A stretch of DNA of 57,138 bases, the filler included, from Catajapyx aquilonaris (taxonomy: Eukaryota), in the NCBI GenBank assembly GCA_000934665.2. It is 3 parts of 3 records of this genome, joined end to end, with 100 filler letters (N's around TTAATTAATTAA, not from the genome) between each part and the next. Parts side by side here need not be neighbours in the genome. Positions count along the whole stretch, not along the records: positions 38,177 to 57,138 come from JYFJ02006561.1; 2 more parts are not named here. One strand, 5' to 3'. The notes under the pieces are model-generated. The model was not told where the DNA came from. It was given only the letters and a program-made list of their open reading frames with translations, and did no database searches. The position numbers and the translations under genes are program-made. Below are positions 38,367-52,927 of the stretch, in pieces (the stretch's first letter is position 1; each line of letters opens with the position of its first letter).

Positions 38367-38668
38367 AACCGAAGCAGGTTGGTGTAGGCTGTAGGAGTGT
38401 AGGGGATAAGGAGCCCGCCTGCTAATCGGGAGGTCCCGGGTTCGAATCCCGGGGCCGGCGACCCTGACCATGGTTTTCTGTGGTTTTCCATGCCCCCCCN
38501 CCCCCCCCCCCCCCAGGACAATTCCGGGGTAGTTTCCGTAAAAATAGGTCACAGCCGCTTCCTTCCTTCCCTATCCCTGGTCCCATCCAATGGTGGTAAT
38601 CCACCCCCCTAAGGGAGCCCAAGGCTCTAGCACGGGGTATGATAAATAATAAAAAAAAATTAAACAAA
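38367..38668 (+). mobile_element. tRNA-derived SINE
   Basis: ccTGCTAAtcgggaggtcccGGGTTCGAATCCC head, A-rich tail, 14-bp TSD attgattccagaca. Confidence 0.85.
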
Positions 38669-39908
38669 ATTGATTCCAGACATACGGTACCGTATATGAA
38701 CTTATTTCTCAGGGTGCCAATCGGAGTTTATCCTGAGTATTAAGAGCTACCCATGCGTCTGACCTGTTCGCAGGGTTGTCGCACTTGCAGGATGAACTTT
38801 CTATCTGGCCTCCAGGGCAGGTGATAATACAGTATAATACAGCTCGGAATTGCAATGAATTTCCGATTACTAATGGCCCATTGAAGTCATTATTGGCATC
38901 GGACGTCAATGATATTAATGTGGGCAATTCCGCACACTTTTTTGATTGATGAATTTTCCATGTCGTTGCAGAAAAGTATTGGTTAGTAATATATGCTGTT
39001 CAACATGTCGATGAAGCTATAACTGGTCGTTTGTATCAGAAACTCGACGTTCTCTGTGACTGTCTAGTACGTAATATGCCAGCCAGTCGCCGAGAGAGTA
39101 GACATATGAATGCATGCAGCGTGTAATGTCTTGCAAACCTTCCAGAATATAAGCCCTGTAGGTGATAAAATTCCGAAATTTTATTGCCTCAGCAACGAGC
39201 ACTGCCTCGCTGATCAAATGACACATCAGCATAAAGTTACCCTCGGGCGACTCTTGTGGCCTGGAATTCACCCTGTAAATGTCTGTGTAGTTTAGAAACA
39301 CCACACATACTGAATATACTGTACGAGCAAGCCTAGTGCATATTGATCCCAATAATGCAATGAAGTATTTAAAACATTACTGGATCTAAAATCCCGATTT
39401 CACGGCATGTTATTGTATAATATTATTCAAGAGTAATTTTCGTGCCAAACATGAAAGTGGTAAGCCATATAACTACACACATTGTAACGTCTGACCATGT
39501 AAAATATAGAGTACCAATGCATTTGTACAAAAAACTTATGTCCTTTTCCCCAAGATTGAAACTTCGTAGAAGCCGCTAATCTCGGTTTACATCCTCGTTT
39601 AAAAGGATTTATCGTCTTTATCTCCTTATCCCTATTTTATGGGTACCAAATATTTATTGTACAGTAACTTTCAAAATCCTGCATAATCCTGATAATACCG
39701 CCAAGTACTCCCTCTTTATAGTCTATTAAATAGAAATTACCTGCATTATTACTACAAAATCGTCGTCATTATGGCAGTTTTAATTACAACACCAGAGACT
39801 ATCAGTATGGCTACTGTTCCGTGGGTAAAAGCAATTAGTCTTTTGTTGTCATTAATTATTGTATCACAGTATACGAGCAGAAATGCAACCTAACGAGACA
39901 CTCCTTAC

Positions 39909-40045
39909 CTTAACAAATGTGCGATTCAGACTGGCGTGGCTGACCAGGCCTCGCCGTTGCAGCATCAACCCATCAACCATCTGTCCACAGAAGCTAATCT
40001 GTATCGTTGACACGGGCAACCAAATCGATGCCAATTTGCGCCCGT
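39909..40045 (-). other. Candidate exon, coding or non-coding, possibly of the miR-1000 host transcript
   Basis: gttgttcag| acceptor and AAG|gtaagg donor; locally higher GC; one open frame with no recognised homology. Confidence 0.3.
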
Positions 40046-43000
40046 CTGAACAACCCAAATATGTTCCTTGAACCCACATGTGGTTGTCGACGTTTCATTT
40101 TGTTGTTGTTCAACAATGTACAGTACCTAGTAAGAATAACCCAGCAATGAATTCTAAAACTTAAGTAAAGATACAATATAATCCGCATATTTGACTTGTC
40201 CTTCGAGAGGCGCAGAGAAGGTCGAAAGGTCAGTCGTCTATGGAACACAAATTACGATGCGCGAGATAATCAGACTCCTAGCAAGCTGCACATGCAGAGT
40301 TCTGAGCTCCGAGGAGAAATGATTTTTTTGGCTGGCACCCTTGTTTAGTGGTATCATTCACGCTGCAAACTTGAGTGTTAGGAGATGAGGGACACATGCT
40401 GCACTGTACTCGTACTCTACTGCGCCACATTGGCTCTAGTTTGCGCTAGAACATACTGTGGGTGCAATCCACGGCATAGTATATATGCCAAGCATTCTTG
40501 GCACGAGAACTTCTTCCGTTATTTACAGACGTTTATTTGAGGAGTGCTAATGTATAAGTGGATTAAACCTACATCTTTAGAGACTATTATCTTGGTCATT
40601 CAAAAATTTCAACGCAGCTTCCCAATAATGGAAAAAACTTTGTGCAATTTAAAACTGCAGTCACGGTATTCATTTTATTCTTTTCAATAAGCAATTGTAC
40701 GTACCGACAATTTCCGCAATTATACAATTCTTTGAACAAAGATTCTCTCTTATGGAGTCATTATTAGAGTATGCTTTCTATAGAAAAGTGAGGTGCAGAT
40801 CATGACGAAGTACGCTAAAATTTAACGCAATTTGATGACCAGTTCTAATTCATTCAAGCAAGGTGGAAGGGGAAATATCATTGAGGTAGACGCGTTGAGC
40901 CAGCTTTCATAATTATGATAATCGAGTTTCTTAACAGAACAATCAAGTTTCCCAAGAATCCGTGGCCACGCTATGCTCATACGTCTTATGAATCCTGCAC
41001 TTTTTTTGTACGAACCGTATTACAGGAATTAGTGTTCGGTGAAAAATATCAACATTGGCGTCTTGAAAGAAAACTTTACATATGAACACCTTAAGTGCAG
41101 AACGAGCAGGACCATATTGCATTGGAATGTCTTGGGAGATATGAGCCTTTGAAGTTTGAAGATTGCATCATCCTCTATGATACGTTTTTTCCCTCCAAGA
41201 TTCCTCTGGATTACTATCAGAAAACTGCCTTGATCATCAGAAATTATGCGTCAAGTACACAACATCTAACTGAGCTTTGATCAAAATGTGACTGATCGTT
41301 CTGCATTTAAGGTCATCACATGCAGTAAAGTAATTGACAGCTCTATACAGGGTGTTCCAATTGAAAGGACCGTAGTGGTTAACAATTGCTTGGCCCTAAA
41401 TTGCTTATTTAATCAGTTATTTTTTTGAAGAGCTATCACCTTGATATAAGCTGGCATGGCATTCATTATTGTCGCCACACATTTTCTCCACAGTCTATTC
41501 ATGAATCACAGCTCAACAATTGCAGGTTTCTATCTAAGCATAAGATACGCAAGTTCGGCAAGTTTTTTTTCCTTACTTTGTCGCGACAATATGATGCGTG
41601 AAGTGAGCAAAAAAAATATGGCAGGCTTTTTCCGCATGCAACCTGACTCAAGCCCCCACTACACCTGCAGAAATTGCATATTTTTATGCAGTACCAAAAA
41701 AACAAATACTTTCAGGAGGAACAATATATTTATTGAAATACAATATGTACATTTTAAATAATACAACATAATTATGGCAATAATTTTTGCTACAGGGCAG
41801 GAATTGATATGGCCTGAAAATAGTACATACCACACAATATTGCTTAATCTGTTTAATATAATAATACTTATAACCTTCTAAAAAGAAATGTTTCATAACC
41901 AAGATGCAAAGCCAGACAGACCATGTTTAGATGAACTATGAAGGTCCTCAGAACCTTATGGACATGGACATGTACTGCAGTAATTTGTAATCTTGTGTTG
42001 TAATATACAGCCAGAAAATAATAATCCTATAGCGACGCTTCTGACAGGACTACTGCAATGGCAGAGTTAAAACTAGACATGACAGGTGCATTATTTTAAT
42101 AATAATTGCGGAATAATGTGTAGTACCTATTATTCCAGAGTAGGCCTATATTCCAATTAATCTTCACTGTTTGAGGTCACAAATGCGCCCATCAAAGATA
42201 CATAATTATGATTTGATTACCCAGAGGAATTAAATGATCAGCCAACCGAATTAACTGATTCACGTTAAGACGCCAACACTTTCGCACCTATACAGTTCCC
42301 TCTTGCGTAACCTAGCTATTGATTATTATTTCACCAGTAATTACCCAGGTAATTCGCACACTTGGATAAAAATTGAGATCAAGCGAAAATAAAACTCTCC
42401 TGAAATTTTAGTACTCTTCAAAAAATACCATTACAGGGCATCTGCTGTAATGATAATTAAGTGGTGAATAACTATTTTTTACCGACAACATCGAAAAAGA
42501 ATAATTATTTTATAAAAACAAGAGGAGCATGTCACCATGGCGAATTTTAATGACGAGTTTTAATAAACACGTAATGAATTCTACGATCGATAGAGTCTAC
42601 TTGGGTTGTGACACAGAGTTGCACAAAAATGCAGTCCATTTCTTGCAGTAGTCAGTCGCATGAAGAGAGACGCATGAGAATGTTACTATGCGGGGAGAAA
42701 AGAACTTGCTTCATAATATTCCGGATAACTGCGCACAGTTTATGTAGAATGTTCTAATGTGATGTATCGACAGTACGTTGCCAACGTTTTAATAAAAAAT
42801 CATAAAGTACGTGGTGCGGTAGTAAATCATCAATTTGGCAAAGTTCCCACAGCCACTGGCCATCGATCGTTCAGCATGGTTTCTAGGTGTATGCACGTAG
42901 CAAAAGTTACTGCCCTGTAATGAATTACTTTCTATAAAAAACTAAAAACAACGTATTTCACAAACTGTAAATCAGAGTTATACTGTACTACGTAATAATA

Positions 43001-43321
43001 GCCATCGTGTACAGTCGTTCTAAATTGAAAGGAGAGGTAATTCGTCGCACCTGAGAAGAGCTGGAACTATCCGCCAACAGCATTGCTCGGGGCCAACATA
43101 TCGCCGAAATGTGACGGATCAATAATCACCGCCACTACCTCAATAGCCTCTTCAGGCCCACCCAATCAATCACATGAAACCAATATAAATAGTAACATTA
43201 TACTGTTATTCACAACTTGCCTTTAAGCTCCTAAATACTTTTTTATAGTGTAGGCTACATTTTCTACATGGACATGCTGTACACGCGTATTCCGAATCCC
43301 CCTAGAAGAAACTGTGATATA

Positions 43322-43495
43322 CACGGTGTTTCATATTTCATTCACCAACCTTCTCGGGTGAACTGTTGTGCACCAATAGATCACGCTATATACAAGTGTC
43401 GTTTGGTAGCCGAAGCCTAGCTACAAACGACACCGCTATATAAAATGATCCTCTGCTTTCCAGGAAGTTTGTCGGATGAATTATGGAACACCCAG
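43322..43495. mobile_element. Decayed mariner-type MITE
   Basis: TA|CACGGTGTTTCATATTTCATTC...GGATGAATTATGGAACACCCAG|TA imperfect TIRs. Confidence 0.55.
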
Positions 43496-46400
43496 TATTT
43501 AAAATGTCGATTCCTTTAGAACCAGGTGCAGTTCTTAACAAACATGTGGCGAGAATTAATATAAAATTTTGCGATCTTTTGCACGCAACTTGATTGGAAG
43601 GAAACAAGCCGAGTAGAGATAGAAAAAATTCTCCGTAGGAAGTAGGGCCTACTGTATGAGTATAATTATGCAGTGTGCAAGTACTGTAGGAGTATAATTA
43701 TGCAGTGTGCAAGTCGGTCCAATAAATTCCGAATAAGTGTGCAAGTACGCAGGAGCTTCCTCATTTTACTGCATTTCATCAAATTAAACACTAATAACAC
43801 TGCACGAACTGCTGGCACAGTACAACATGAGCATTGGATTTCTCTCCAGGTAACCATCAAGAGGCTTGCCAAGAGGATCAAATTTGAGAAGGGTCATTCA
43901 AAAGTGCACGAATTAGGCTGTCCCTTTCCTCGAGTTAGCAATATTTGTCCAACGTTAAATTAAGAGTCACCGGATCCGCGCCTTGGCAAGACACCCCCCC
44001 CCCCCNCCCCCTAAAAAAAACTCATTCGATTATAGAAAAATCTGCTGAGATGAGCTGTGACGCACATACCTCATCCAAAGAGAAAACCACAGTGTAACCT
44101 AATACCAAAAGAAAGGTTCCATTCCAGGAATCAATATTCAAACACAATAATGCTTTTTTCATTAGTCCGGATACAGAATTTCCCGGGCTCGTACTAACAC
44201 AATTAGGTTTTGCACGATCTATACGATACTGCGTGGAAGGCGCAGTCTCACAGACTGTGTGCATATACATAGGGACTGAAGTCAGCAAAACTTGACGTGC
44301 CGGTTTGTATACCTATTTGGAAAAGTCCGGTGACGTCTTGCAGGCCCAAACGTACCCTATGTAGGTACGTATCGCCTGGGGTTAATTCAACGTGATGAAG
44401 CCAAAGTAAATTTATCTTGCTATACCCTCAGCTTCAGAATCAGACAGATCATAATCTCTTTCTGCTGCAGAGAGCAAAACTCAATTACGGATGTCTAAAT
44501 AAGACTTGTCACCTAGAAGCTCACTAGATAAATATGCGATGATACGGTTCCGACTACGCAGCTCAGAATAAAGTGTACAAAAGACTTGATTGTCAATATT
44601 GGTCTTACTGAATTTGAAATAAACGCATGGAAAATGAGAATCGCCTTATGTCAAGCAAGGAAGGTATAGGAATCAGAAGGGCGGAAGGAGGCAGGTTTCA
44701 TGAATAGATGTCCATAGTAGGGGGCTCAACTATGGACCTTTCCAAAGAAGGTAGGAATTGCACTATGAAAAATGATCCCCAAGAGCAGATCTCGCCAGAG
44801 CCTTGTAAGGTCCTAATAGTAATTAGCTGTCGCCTTTGCCATCCAACAGGGATCAAGAAAGGAGCCTCAGAAGACCCTTTTATTGAGCCGAATCATTTCT
44901 TTTGAAGTTGAACTTGGAGCAATCCCTCGAGGGGAATAAAGGGCAGACTACACATATGACGTAGGCTACTGTACGAAAAGTCACAGGAAGTCGTGTTTGC
45001 TTACTCCAGCCGGATACAACTGGACTTTGTGTCATTTTCTTTACTGGCCACTCATTCAGTGACAAACATTTGCTGAAGCGCAAGTATCTATTAAAATATT
45101 ACACTTCAGGCAATTAGCTAGACTTGACGGCGCAATCAAGCAGTTTAAGAGGTCCTCCCTACAGCTATCAAATTAGTTCCATAAAGAGACCAGAATTTCA
45201 ATTTCCGGAAGGAAACCCGATCAAAGTCATTTGCGAGCTCCTGGTGCTTTTGTAATCGGATGTTGCCTCCAGCGCTCTTTTTTAAAAGCTCGACAATATT
45301 GTTACAAACACACATACACACTTTCTTATACGATTTAGGCTACGCCCAAATGATTTAGCGAACATCGTCAGGGGAGACCTGGTGCATATGCCTTTGACAA
45401 AACATAACATAATGCATCTTGTGCATATCAAAAAAGAGTACCAAGTCAGTATTGGTATGTATACGAGATACAGGGTGTTCACCTCTGACCAAGTAAAGGA
45501 TCAGGATGACAGGGTTCGGAGAAGAGTTGATGGATTACTCACCCCTGGCGATGTAAACAAAGTCGATATACGCAAAAAGGTAAAGGATGACCCAAAAGTA
45601 TTGCTGGGTTCGACTTCAGTCTAGGACTGAATAATCCATCAATTCTTCCCCGTCCCCCATCTTCAGAATTATCAACTTGAGCAGATAACATCCTGTATTT
45701 TTAAAAAATGTATTGTTGCAGGTGATCGTTCAGAAATTGTAATAATTTGTTAGTCTACAAAATGTTATTAGCATAATTTAAAATATTTTACAGGATATCG
45801 CAAATAAAATGAAAGGACATGTGTGTCAGGGCATTTGAATGTGTTGTTCGAATCCTGTTAATACGGTGTAAATGTACTGTAAGTACTGTGTATAGGATCA
45901 TTATCACGCAACAATGTTGTCACCAATGCTGAGATCAGTATTCAACATGGTATAAAGTGCTGTTTATTCATTACACTGTAAGTTACACGTCCGACATATA
46001 GAACATTGGACACTGAATACCATGCAAACATACACATGCAAAATACATAGACAACAAATTAGCAGGCACGATATTTGATTAGTTTCCCCAACAGGGAGGG
46101 ATGCGGTTACTTCCCGCCTTATCCAAATAGAACCATCACACAGACTCAATAATGACTCCATTTTATATTACTCGCATCCGTTACCAGCTTTGGATGTCAC
46201 AACATGGCCGATTGTTTAGGTGCTAATTCAGTCGCCAGTACTGCAAAAATTAGTAATACTTTTTAATTAATTATTATTTAGAGGTAAATTCTACTCATAA
46301 TTGCTGTATTACAACTGGAAATAGTATGAAATAACAAGTTTGAAGCGAAACAAAAGACCAAAGTTGCCACAAAGTTGGTACCGGCTCTCTTCTTCACGTC

Positions 46401-48142
46401 AGATGCAAGACACCGGATTAGGGAACAAAAAAATTAATGTCGAACGTTCCTTTCTCACTCATCTTTTATGCACTGAGGACCATCCACAAAGCACGTTGCA
46501 CAAGAGGGAGGCTGGCGTGACAGGATGGAGGAATAAGTTATGGCAGGAGATCGTGACGTTATGCTCAAACCTGCTATGGTGATTTCCCTAATCTCATTCT
46601 TCCGCAAAGACGTACTCTTCGTTTGTTTCCTAACAGAAAGAATTTTTGACCTATTTACATACACAATTTTGCGATCAAAAAATTGTTACTGTTTGACAAT
46701 AAGTACGTGATTTTAGGCCCGCAAAATTATTTATGGGGAGAAAGACCGGTCCATGCTAAAGTGATACGCTTCTTAAGCGAGAAGAGTCTGGCCCCTTATG
46801 AGAAGCCCCCAAAGAGTGGCGTCCAAAGGGGACCGAAAATCTTAATTGCGCTTATGTATCCTTGATGAATTATTCTCTATTGGCTTACTTTGTGATGTCA
46901 TAAAAGAATAAGCACTGATTGATTCTCAATATTATCAGTTGAGCCTTATTATTTTTAATGTATATACAAGTCTGCAGGGCCTAATTATTGAACAGCCATA
47001 GTTACGAGCAGACCTTATAGCTAATATTCTAATTACCTTAGCGAAGGATATACCAGCACATCAGAAGATAGGATTCCTATTTTGCTGTGGGAACAAAGAT
47101 TTTTGAGAGCACTAAAGGTGCATAATAGTGCCAGCTGAGGAATCAAGAGTTATGCATTTGTTGTTGTTGTTGTTGTTGTTGTTTGCAAATTATAAGTGAG
47201 CAGAGATGACAATATGAACGTGCAGGAATTTTAATTTTGACGACAGTGGCATAGGAGGCCCACTTTTAAGGGTGGCATACTGTTTGCTAAATTCGCAATT
47301 TAATGAAACTGATGATTGCACACTGGTAGTGCATTGTAATGTCCCCGGCATTTGACGGGATATCACACAACTGTGTGGACAATCGTCAATTTCATTAAAT
47401 CTTCTTCTAGTCAACAGCATGCAGAAAAAATCGCGTGCAATTTGAAAGAACAAGTTCATAAAGTTCTGATCCTTTATTTAAACTCGTATTCTTGCAATTA
47501 CAATAATTTGCATCATTCATATAATTAATATGTACTAATATGTGTACCTTTTACATGCAAAAGAATCTTAGCGCCAACAGCAAAGTACGAGTACTAAAGC
47601 TTTCCTATATTCTTGGTTGATATCTTCGAAGTTATATTCAGAGAAGTAGAAAGGGCATTAGACAAATCACATTATATGCTCCAGTGGTCTACAGTCCTCC
47701 CGGGTTCTTGGGACTGTCTAAATGGGTCAATGATGATATTGGACGTAATGGCCGGTTTATTAGGCGGCACAACTTCCCAAATAATTTAGATCAGTACCGT
47801 AGCCGTTATTCTCGCGTCAGAGATTAAAACTTCTCAGCACACTGTGCCCTTAATTTAGGTTTGCATATTTTATACTTTAATTTAAGGTTCATTTTCACAC
47901 GACCTTTTAACATACCCTATTTCAAACTAGTAGTAATTTCCAATATCAGCTTCGCAAATACAAATATCTCATAATGCAGGGCATCTTACGGGGTCAACGT
48001 CGGTCAGATGCAGAAGTGAAAAGTGTTCCGCTCTTGTAATGCGTGCGACAAGTCGAGACAATATTCGATCATTACTTGGTACTCAGGTCGGTTCAAGCAC
48101 CTCTAAAGAGTGTTTGCGTGATTAGAACAATATGGCCTAATT

Positions 48143-48534
48143 CAGTGGTTCTTACCCTTTCCCATCCCACCGCATGATCCATAGTTTAATAGTGAGTCTA
48201 CGGACTACCTTTAACAACTTGTGATCATGTGAACATTTTTACCACCTATATATAACTAGCACGCTATACCGATTTGAAAGCGATTTTTCTGCACGTCTGC
48301 GAGCATTTCACCAGAGAGACAATTTAGGCTGGATCGGCTCCAGAGCACATATTGTGACTAGTTTCCAGAGTCGTATAGAGTTTCTGCTTGCTTGCTTTAC
48401 ACATTTGTCCTGATATTTTCTGCTTAATACACCGTTTTCCGTACGTGCAGGTAAGTACTAACTCCGAATTATAATTAGAGGCTTTTTAATGAACATCTAA
48501 GAAGGCGTCGTGACTTACATGTTGCGAACCACTG
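48143..48534. mobile_element. Decayed hAT MITE
   Basis: CAGTGGTTC...GAACCACTG termini; imperfect 8-bp TSD gcctaatt/ccctactt. Confidence 0.55.
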
Positions 48535-49189
48535 CCCTACTTTATACCACGGAAACCCAGCAGGCATCTATAGACTTTGAAGTAATCTAACTGGCCGAAG
48601 TTCTAAACGCCACTCATAATATCTGCAGCATAGTTTGGGCCGTTTAGGAAATATTCAATCGCCTATGTAGACCTTTAGATGCAGGATAATCATTTTTGGC
48701 CTTGTCGCGAATGGATCGAGCTTTATTCGTAAAACTTGTTTTAAAGGTGTATTCACTGACTCGCGATAGTTACAGAACATTTATTAATTGCTCGAGCAAA
48801 ATGTATAACACTGTGAAAGTAATCTGCGAAACATGGTTGCTGTCCTTCCATATACTGCTACAGTGTAAGCCACAAGCAATGTTGTACCCTGGTACCTTTG
48901 ATATATGAGGACCTGAATGGAAGAAAAGATTCATTATCGTCTCGACTTGTGCATGACACCACCTAATTCAGCCTACAACGCCCGCCTGTCGTAGTAAAAG
49001 CTAGGTCCATCATCAACTACATGTTGAGCCTGGGCTATACAACCACGTAATATATGTAATTACATCATGCACAGTGTAAAGTGACGGGGAAATGATTGCC
49101 TATATCAGAACGGTGAGAAAGGAGGGTTGCATATGGAGCCAGATACTCTTACATTTACATCATTATTGAGTTATTATTCTTAGAACTAT

Positions 49190-49205
49190 TGCTACAACCA
49201 CCACC

Positions 49206-49249
<44 letters not shown>
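49190..49249. repeat. (CCA)n(CTA)n compound microsatellite
   Basis: Visible directly. Confidence 0.95.
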
Positions 49250-49300
49250 AAGGTTTGCAGAGCTGCTGCAGCACTGCAACATCTGATGATTTTGGCCACG

Positions 49301-49370
49301 GGCTAGGGCCATGTCCCGGCATAGCAGTAATTGAGAGGTCATACTGCTGTGACGGGACAATATCCCAGCC
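49301..49370 (-). ncRNA. mir-1000: miR-1000 precursor hairpin; mature 5p arm at 49363-49342
   Basis: Minus strand GGCTGGG-ATATTGTCCCGTCACAGCAGTA-tgacctctcaat-TACTGCTATGCCGGGACATGGCC-CTAGCC folds as a pre-miRNA. The 5p arm differs by one base from the recalled Drosophila miR-1000 (AUAUUGUCCUGUCACAGCAGU). Confidence 0.93.
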
Positions 49371-52300
49371 GGGGGAAGAGCATTTTTGGGGTCGTGGCCT
49401 CACCATCCACCGATGCCAAAAGAGTCAGACAAGACTCTCGACTTTCTCCAACCTTATCTGACAGGCAGCGTGGTATGGAGTCAGATGCTGACAAATACCG
49501 AGGAAATGCAACGCCCATATACGCCTCAGCGAGGAAGCTGGACGCCAAGTTTCCCACATTCACTTACCCAACAACTGGAAATTATTACTAGATACTAGTC
49601 AGATAAGGTCGAGTCCGGAGAAAAATGACCAATTATTATTATCCATCGAAAACATGGCTTTGAAGTTCTAAAGGAAAGGTTGTATTACACGTTATTCTCA
49701 CTCTCTTGGGTACGGTTTTGTGCCTAAATACTTTATTTATGCACAATGCGTCTCAAATCAATTTCAGCTTATTTGCATGGCAAATTGTGTCAATTATTCA
49801 TTACCATTATTATCCTACAATTAACATAACTGATGAGTAGGTTGTGCGAAGACTACCCAGAAATCGAATGTTGGTTTGCATATAATTATGAAAGTGTGCA
49901 TTCGAGAACATAATATCGGCAAGTGCGACATGATTTTAGCATATGAGAAGCAGCAAGTCCAAGATGACTGATCATGATGTAAGCGAATTTTTTTATGAGG
50001 CATAACACTAAAGCACACAAATAAACAGCACATAATTATTATGAATGAAATAGAGGAAATGTAACAGGGTATCATGTTCGTTTGCGACGACCTGCGCTAC
50101 ATAGAGCTTTTCTTCGTGCCAGTAACGAGGAAGCAGGTAGTTGTCCCTTACTGTCACTTGCTGCTGGTTAAAAAACCGTACCGCTTGTTAACGTGGACCA
50201 AACCGTTCCTTTAACACTGTCTTGTCACCACGTCGTACTTCATCTAAATTTCAGTCCACACACTACATAATTATACCAACACCTGCTGACAAAAATACTT
50301 GTAAAGCATACAGTGCTCAGTAAAATGCCCTCAACGTCTTACACAATTATATTCCATCAGTACTAATCGTCCTTAACCCGATAAGCGGATTGAGAGAACA
50401 GTTCAGTGTATTACGTCTCCGTGACTTGGCTGATACGTACTGTAGGCTATAACAATAAAGATGGTTTTTTCTCTCATTTTTTTTTTACAAACCTACAACT
50501 AATGAACCACGCGTCTTCATATTTTTAGATACACTACAAAGTGTCTTTCAGTGTAATTCTGAAAGTCAATCTTGGTAATAACTACATTAAATCTGAATAT
50601 CACATCATCTTTGCGCATTTAATCCCATTTAAATTATTGAGCAGAACTGACGTAACATCTGAACGGTCCTGACATCACTGCATATTCCCTTGAAAATGTT
50701 AATTCTTTTAACAGAGTAATTTTTATACGTCAGTGTATTAAAATGAAAACCGAATGAAAAATTGTGTATAATGATGTTGAAATAATGTTGTTTATGAGTA
50801 GTAATGTTGAAATGTCTGGGAGCCCAACCAACGTTCTGAACTAAGGGCTGATTGTGCACACAAAGGCCTCCACTGGTCAAACCATGCTCTATTCAGGCAG
50901 TGCCAATAGAAACTTATGCCAGCCTTGACAAGTCACCGAGCAGCATCCTATGAATGCATGTATGCAGCATGTAACGAAAGCTATGAATACTCTCACAACA
51001 TTGCGAGTCCAGAAATCAAGTGTAGGTTCCAACCGGCTTAATCAATATGACTGACATGCACAAAGGAGCTATTCATCCATCCTGAATCGAGAACAAAGGG
51101 AGGATAGACAGGACTTGGAAAATCAGAGAGTAATCCACTTTTTGGGTGACACATAAAGAGTGGTCTCACTTGGCATTCAAAACCACGCTCCTGATCAGTT
51201 TCTCATTCCCATCTCGCTTCATTCGTCATCGATCCCAGAGACCAAGTTTGATTTTCTGCACATGTTCGGGATACAGGTATACCTTAAAGGCTTAAACCAA
51301 GCGATCCGTCTGGGTAAACTGGACGGTCTCATTCAAGATTCCATATCCGAGAGCATGCCGCATTGTTGTGCAGAAGAGGGTGTGGTCCTTGAGTAAGTTT
51401 AGCATAAGACGCTTATCGCAGATTTTCTCTAAAATGCAGAGCGAGGCGAGTTTTAAAGAAATTCACTGCAACCACATTCATGACCCCTGCAGAAATTTCT
51501 TGGATTATTATGATTGCAGACAAATTAATTAATCTGCTACCCAACGATACATGTAATTGTGACTCTTTGCGCATTTATATCAGAACCAATAATTAAACCC
51601 AGCCCACCTAAAATACCTTCGGGGCCACCCTTTACACCATGTGGCGGTGGCGGGCGTCTGCTTCATGCTCTCAAAGTCAGGGCCGGTTTAAAATTAGAGC
51701 TTAAAGGGTTATCTTATTAAATATGAAACAGTTTACACTTGGTGGTGTGCCTGTCATTGAAGAGGAATAAGGGAAAAAATGGGCGAGGGGAGGGGGGAAA
51801 TAACGATTACCATGCAGATGCCCCAATCTCTAGAGCTTCCCTTTGAAGCAGGCGCCATTAATGTCAATAACACTTGCTAAGTGATCAAAGCGAAAGCCGG
51901 TTTTGACATCAGGTATGGCGTAATTATTTTCACTCCCAATTGAGGAAACTGAAAGCCCGTACAAGTGAAGCTGGTAAGCTTAATTCAAAGCCTAAGCCAC
52001 TGGCATTTACCTCACAATTGGATTTTCTCGCAGGAGCTCTCTAAACTTTCCCTGTAAACGTCAAGGTTACACAAGTACAAGGCAAGTCAATATAAGTGGC
52101 ACCTAGCGAATCAAACTGCTTTCAAGCCCGGTTTATTCGCTCTTTCTCTCCCGTGGACTTATTATCTTCAATTATTCAGTCGCATATTTCAAAAGGACCT
52201 TATGAGCCGGCGAAGAGAATATGACCTGAGGGCAATACGCATTTTAAATATTTCATTTCAGTGTCCGCGGTAGAGAATTATCTCAAAACGAATGCTCGCA

Positions 52301-52666
52301 TAATGTACGGAAAATGAGAGAACGAGCTGACGTCATCAAGGTTTCCATGGAAATATTCTCACAGAACAGTATGAGTCAACAGTGTCAACAAAAAGCAACA
52401 AAGGAAGAAACGACGACGCCAGATCGTTCTCTCATTTTCCGTACATTATGTTAGATAACTCCAAGAATTATCAGGTACGCGCCATATTTGATTGGAAAAT
52501 AGTTCAAGTTGTTTACGCAGGCGCTTACTCTGCATACCCGATGGACAAGTGTTTAACATTGCAGTCCATGCTGTCAAGTAAATCCAGTAGCGCATTTTTC
52601 TTTCATTAAAAATAGATAGTGTGTAGGCCTACTCTCTATACCTGTGAAGTGCATCTACATGTAGAG

Positions 52667-52927
52667 CAGTGCTTCCCATCTTTTTCGTTGGCGACCCCAA
52701 AAAATCGTCTCGTAAAATTCGCGACCCCTCAGATGTGCACATTTTGATCCCCCAACATGAAAAGACGTGTAAACAGTGATATGAAAATCATTGATAACAT
52801 ACTATTGTCGAGTATCTGAATTGTTCAGTAACTTACCCCTTATGGGCATAATTTTTGTGAAAATAACTTTTGCCCTCCCTCGCGACCCCAAATATTAAGT
52901 TCGCGACCCACAGTTTGGGAAGCCCTG
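52667..52927. mobile_element. hAT MITE
   Basis: CAGTGCTTCCCA...TGGGAAGCCCTG termini, 8-bp TSD atgtagag/atatagag, internal cgcgaccc subterminal repeats. Confidence 0.85.

Noticed and set aside
38374..38460. tRNA-Ser(GCT)-like sequence (also 19180-19253, 6580-6656, 17520-17597, 17821-17890)
   Set aside because: These continue into SINE bodies, most with tails and TSDs, and lack an intact acceptor stem; they are not tRNA genes.
49825..49870. CTGATGAGTAG...CTAC...GAAA hammerhead-like string
   Set aside because: Extra bases lie between stem II and GAAA, and there is no stem I or III.
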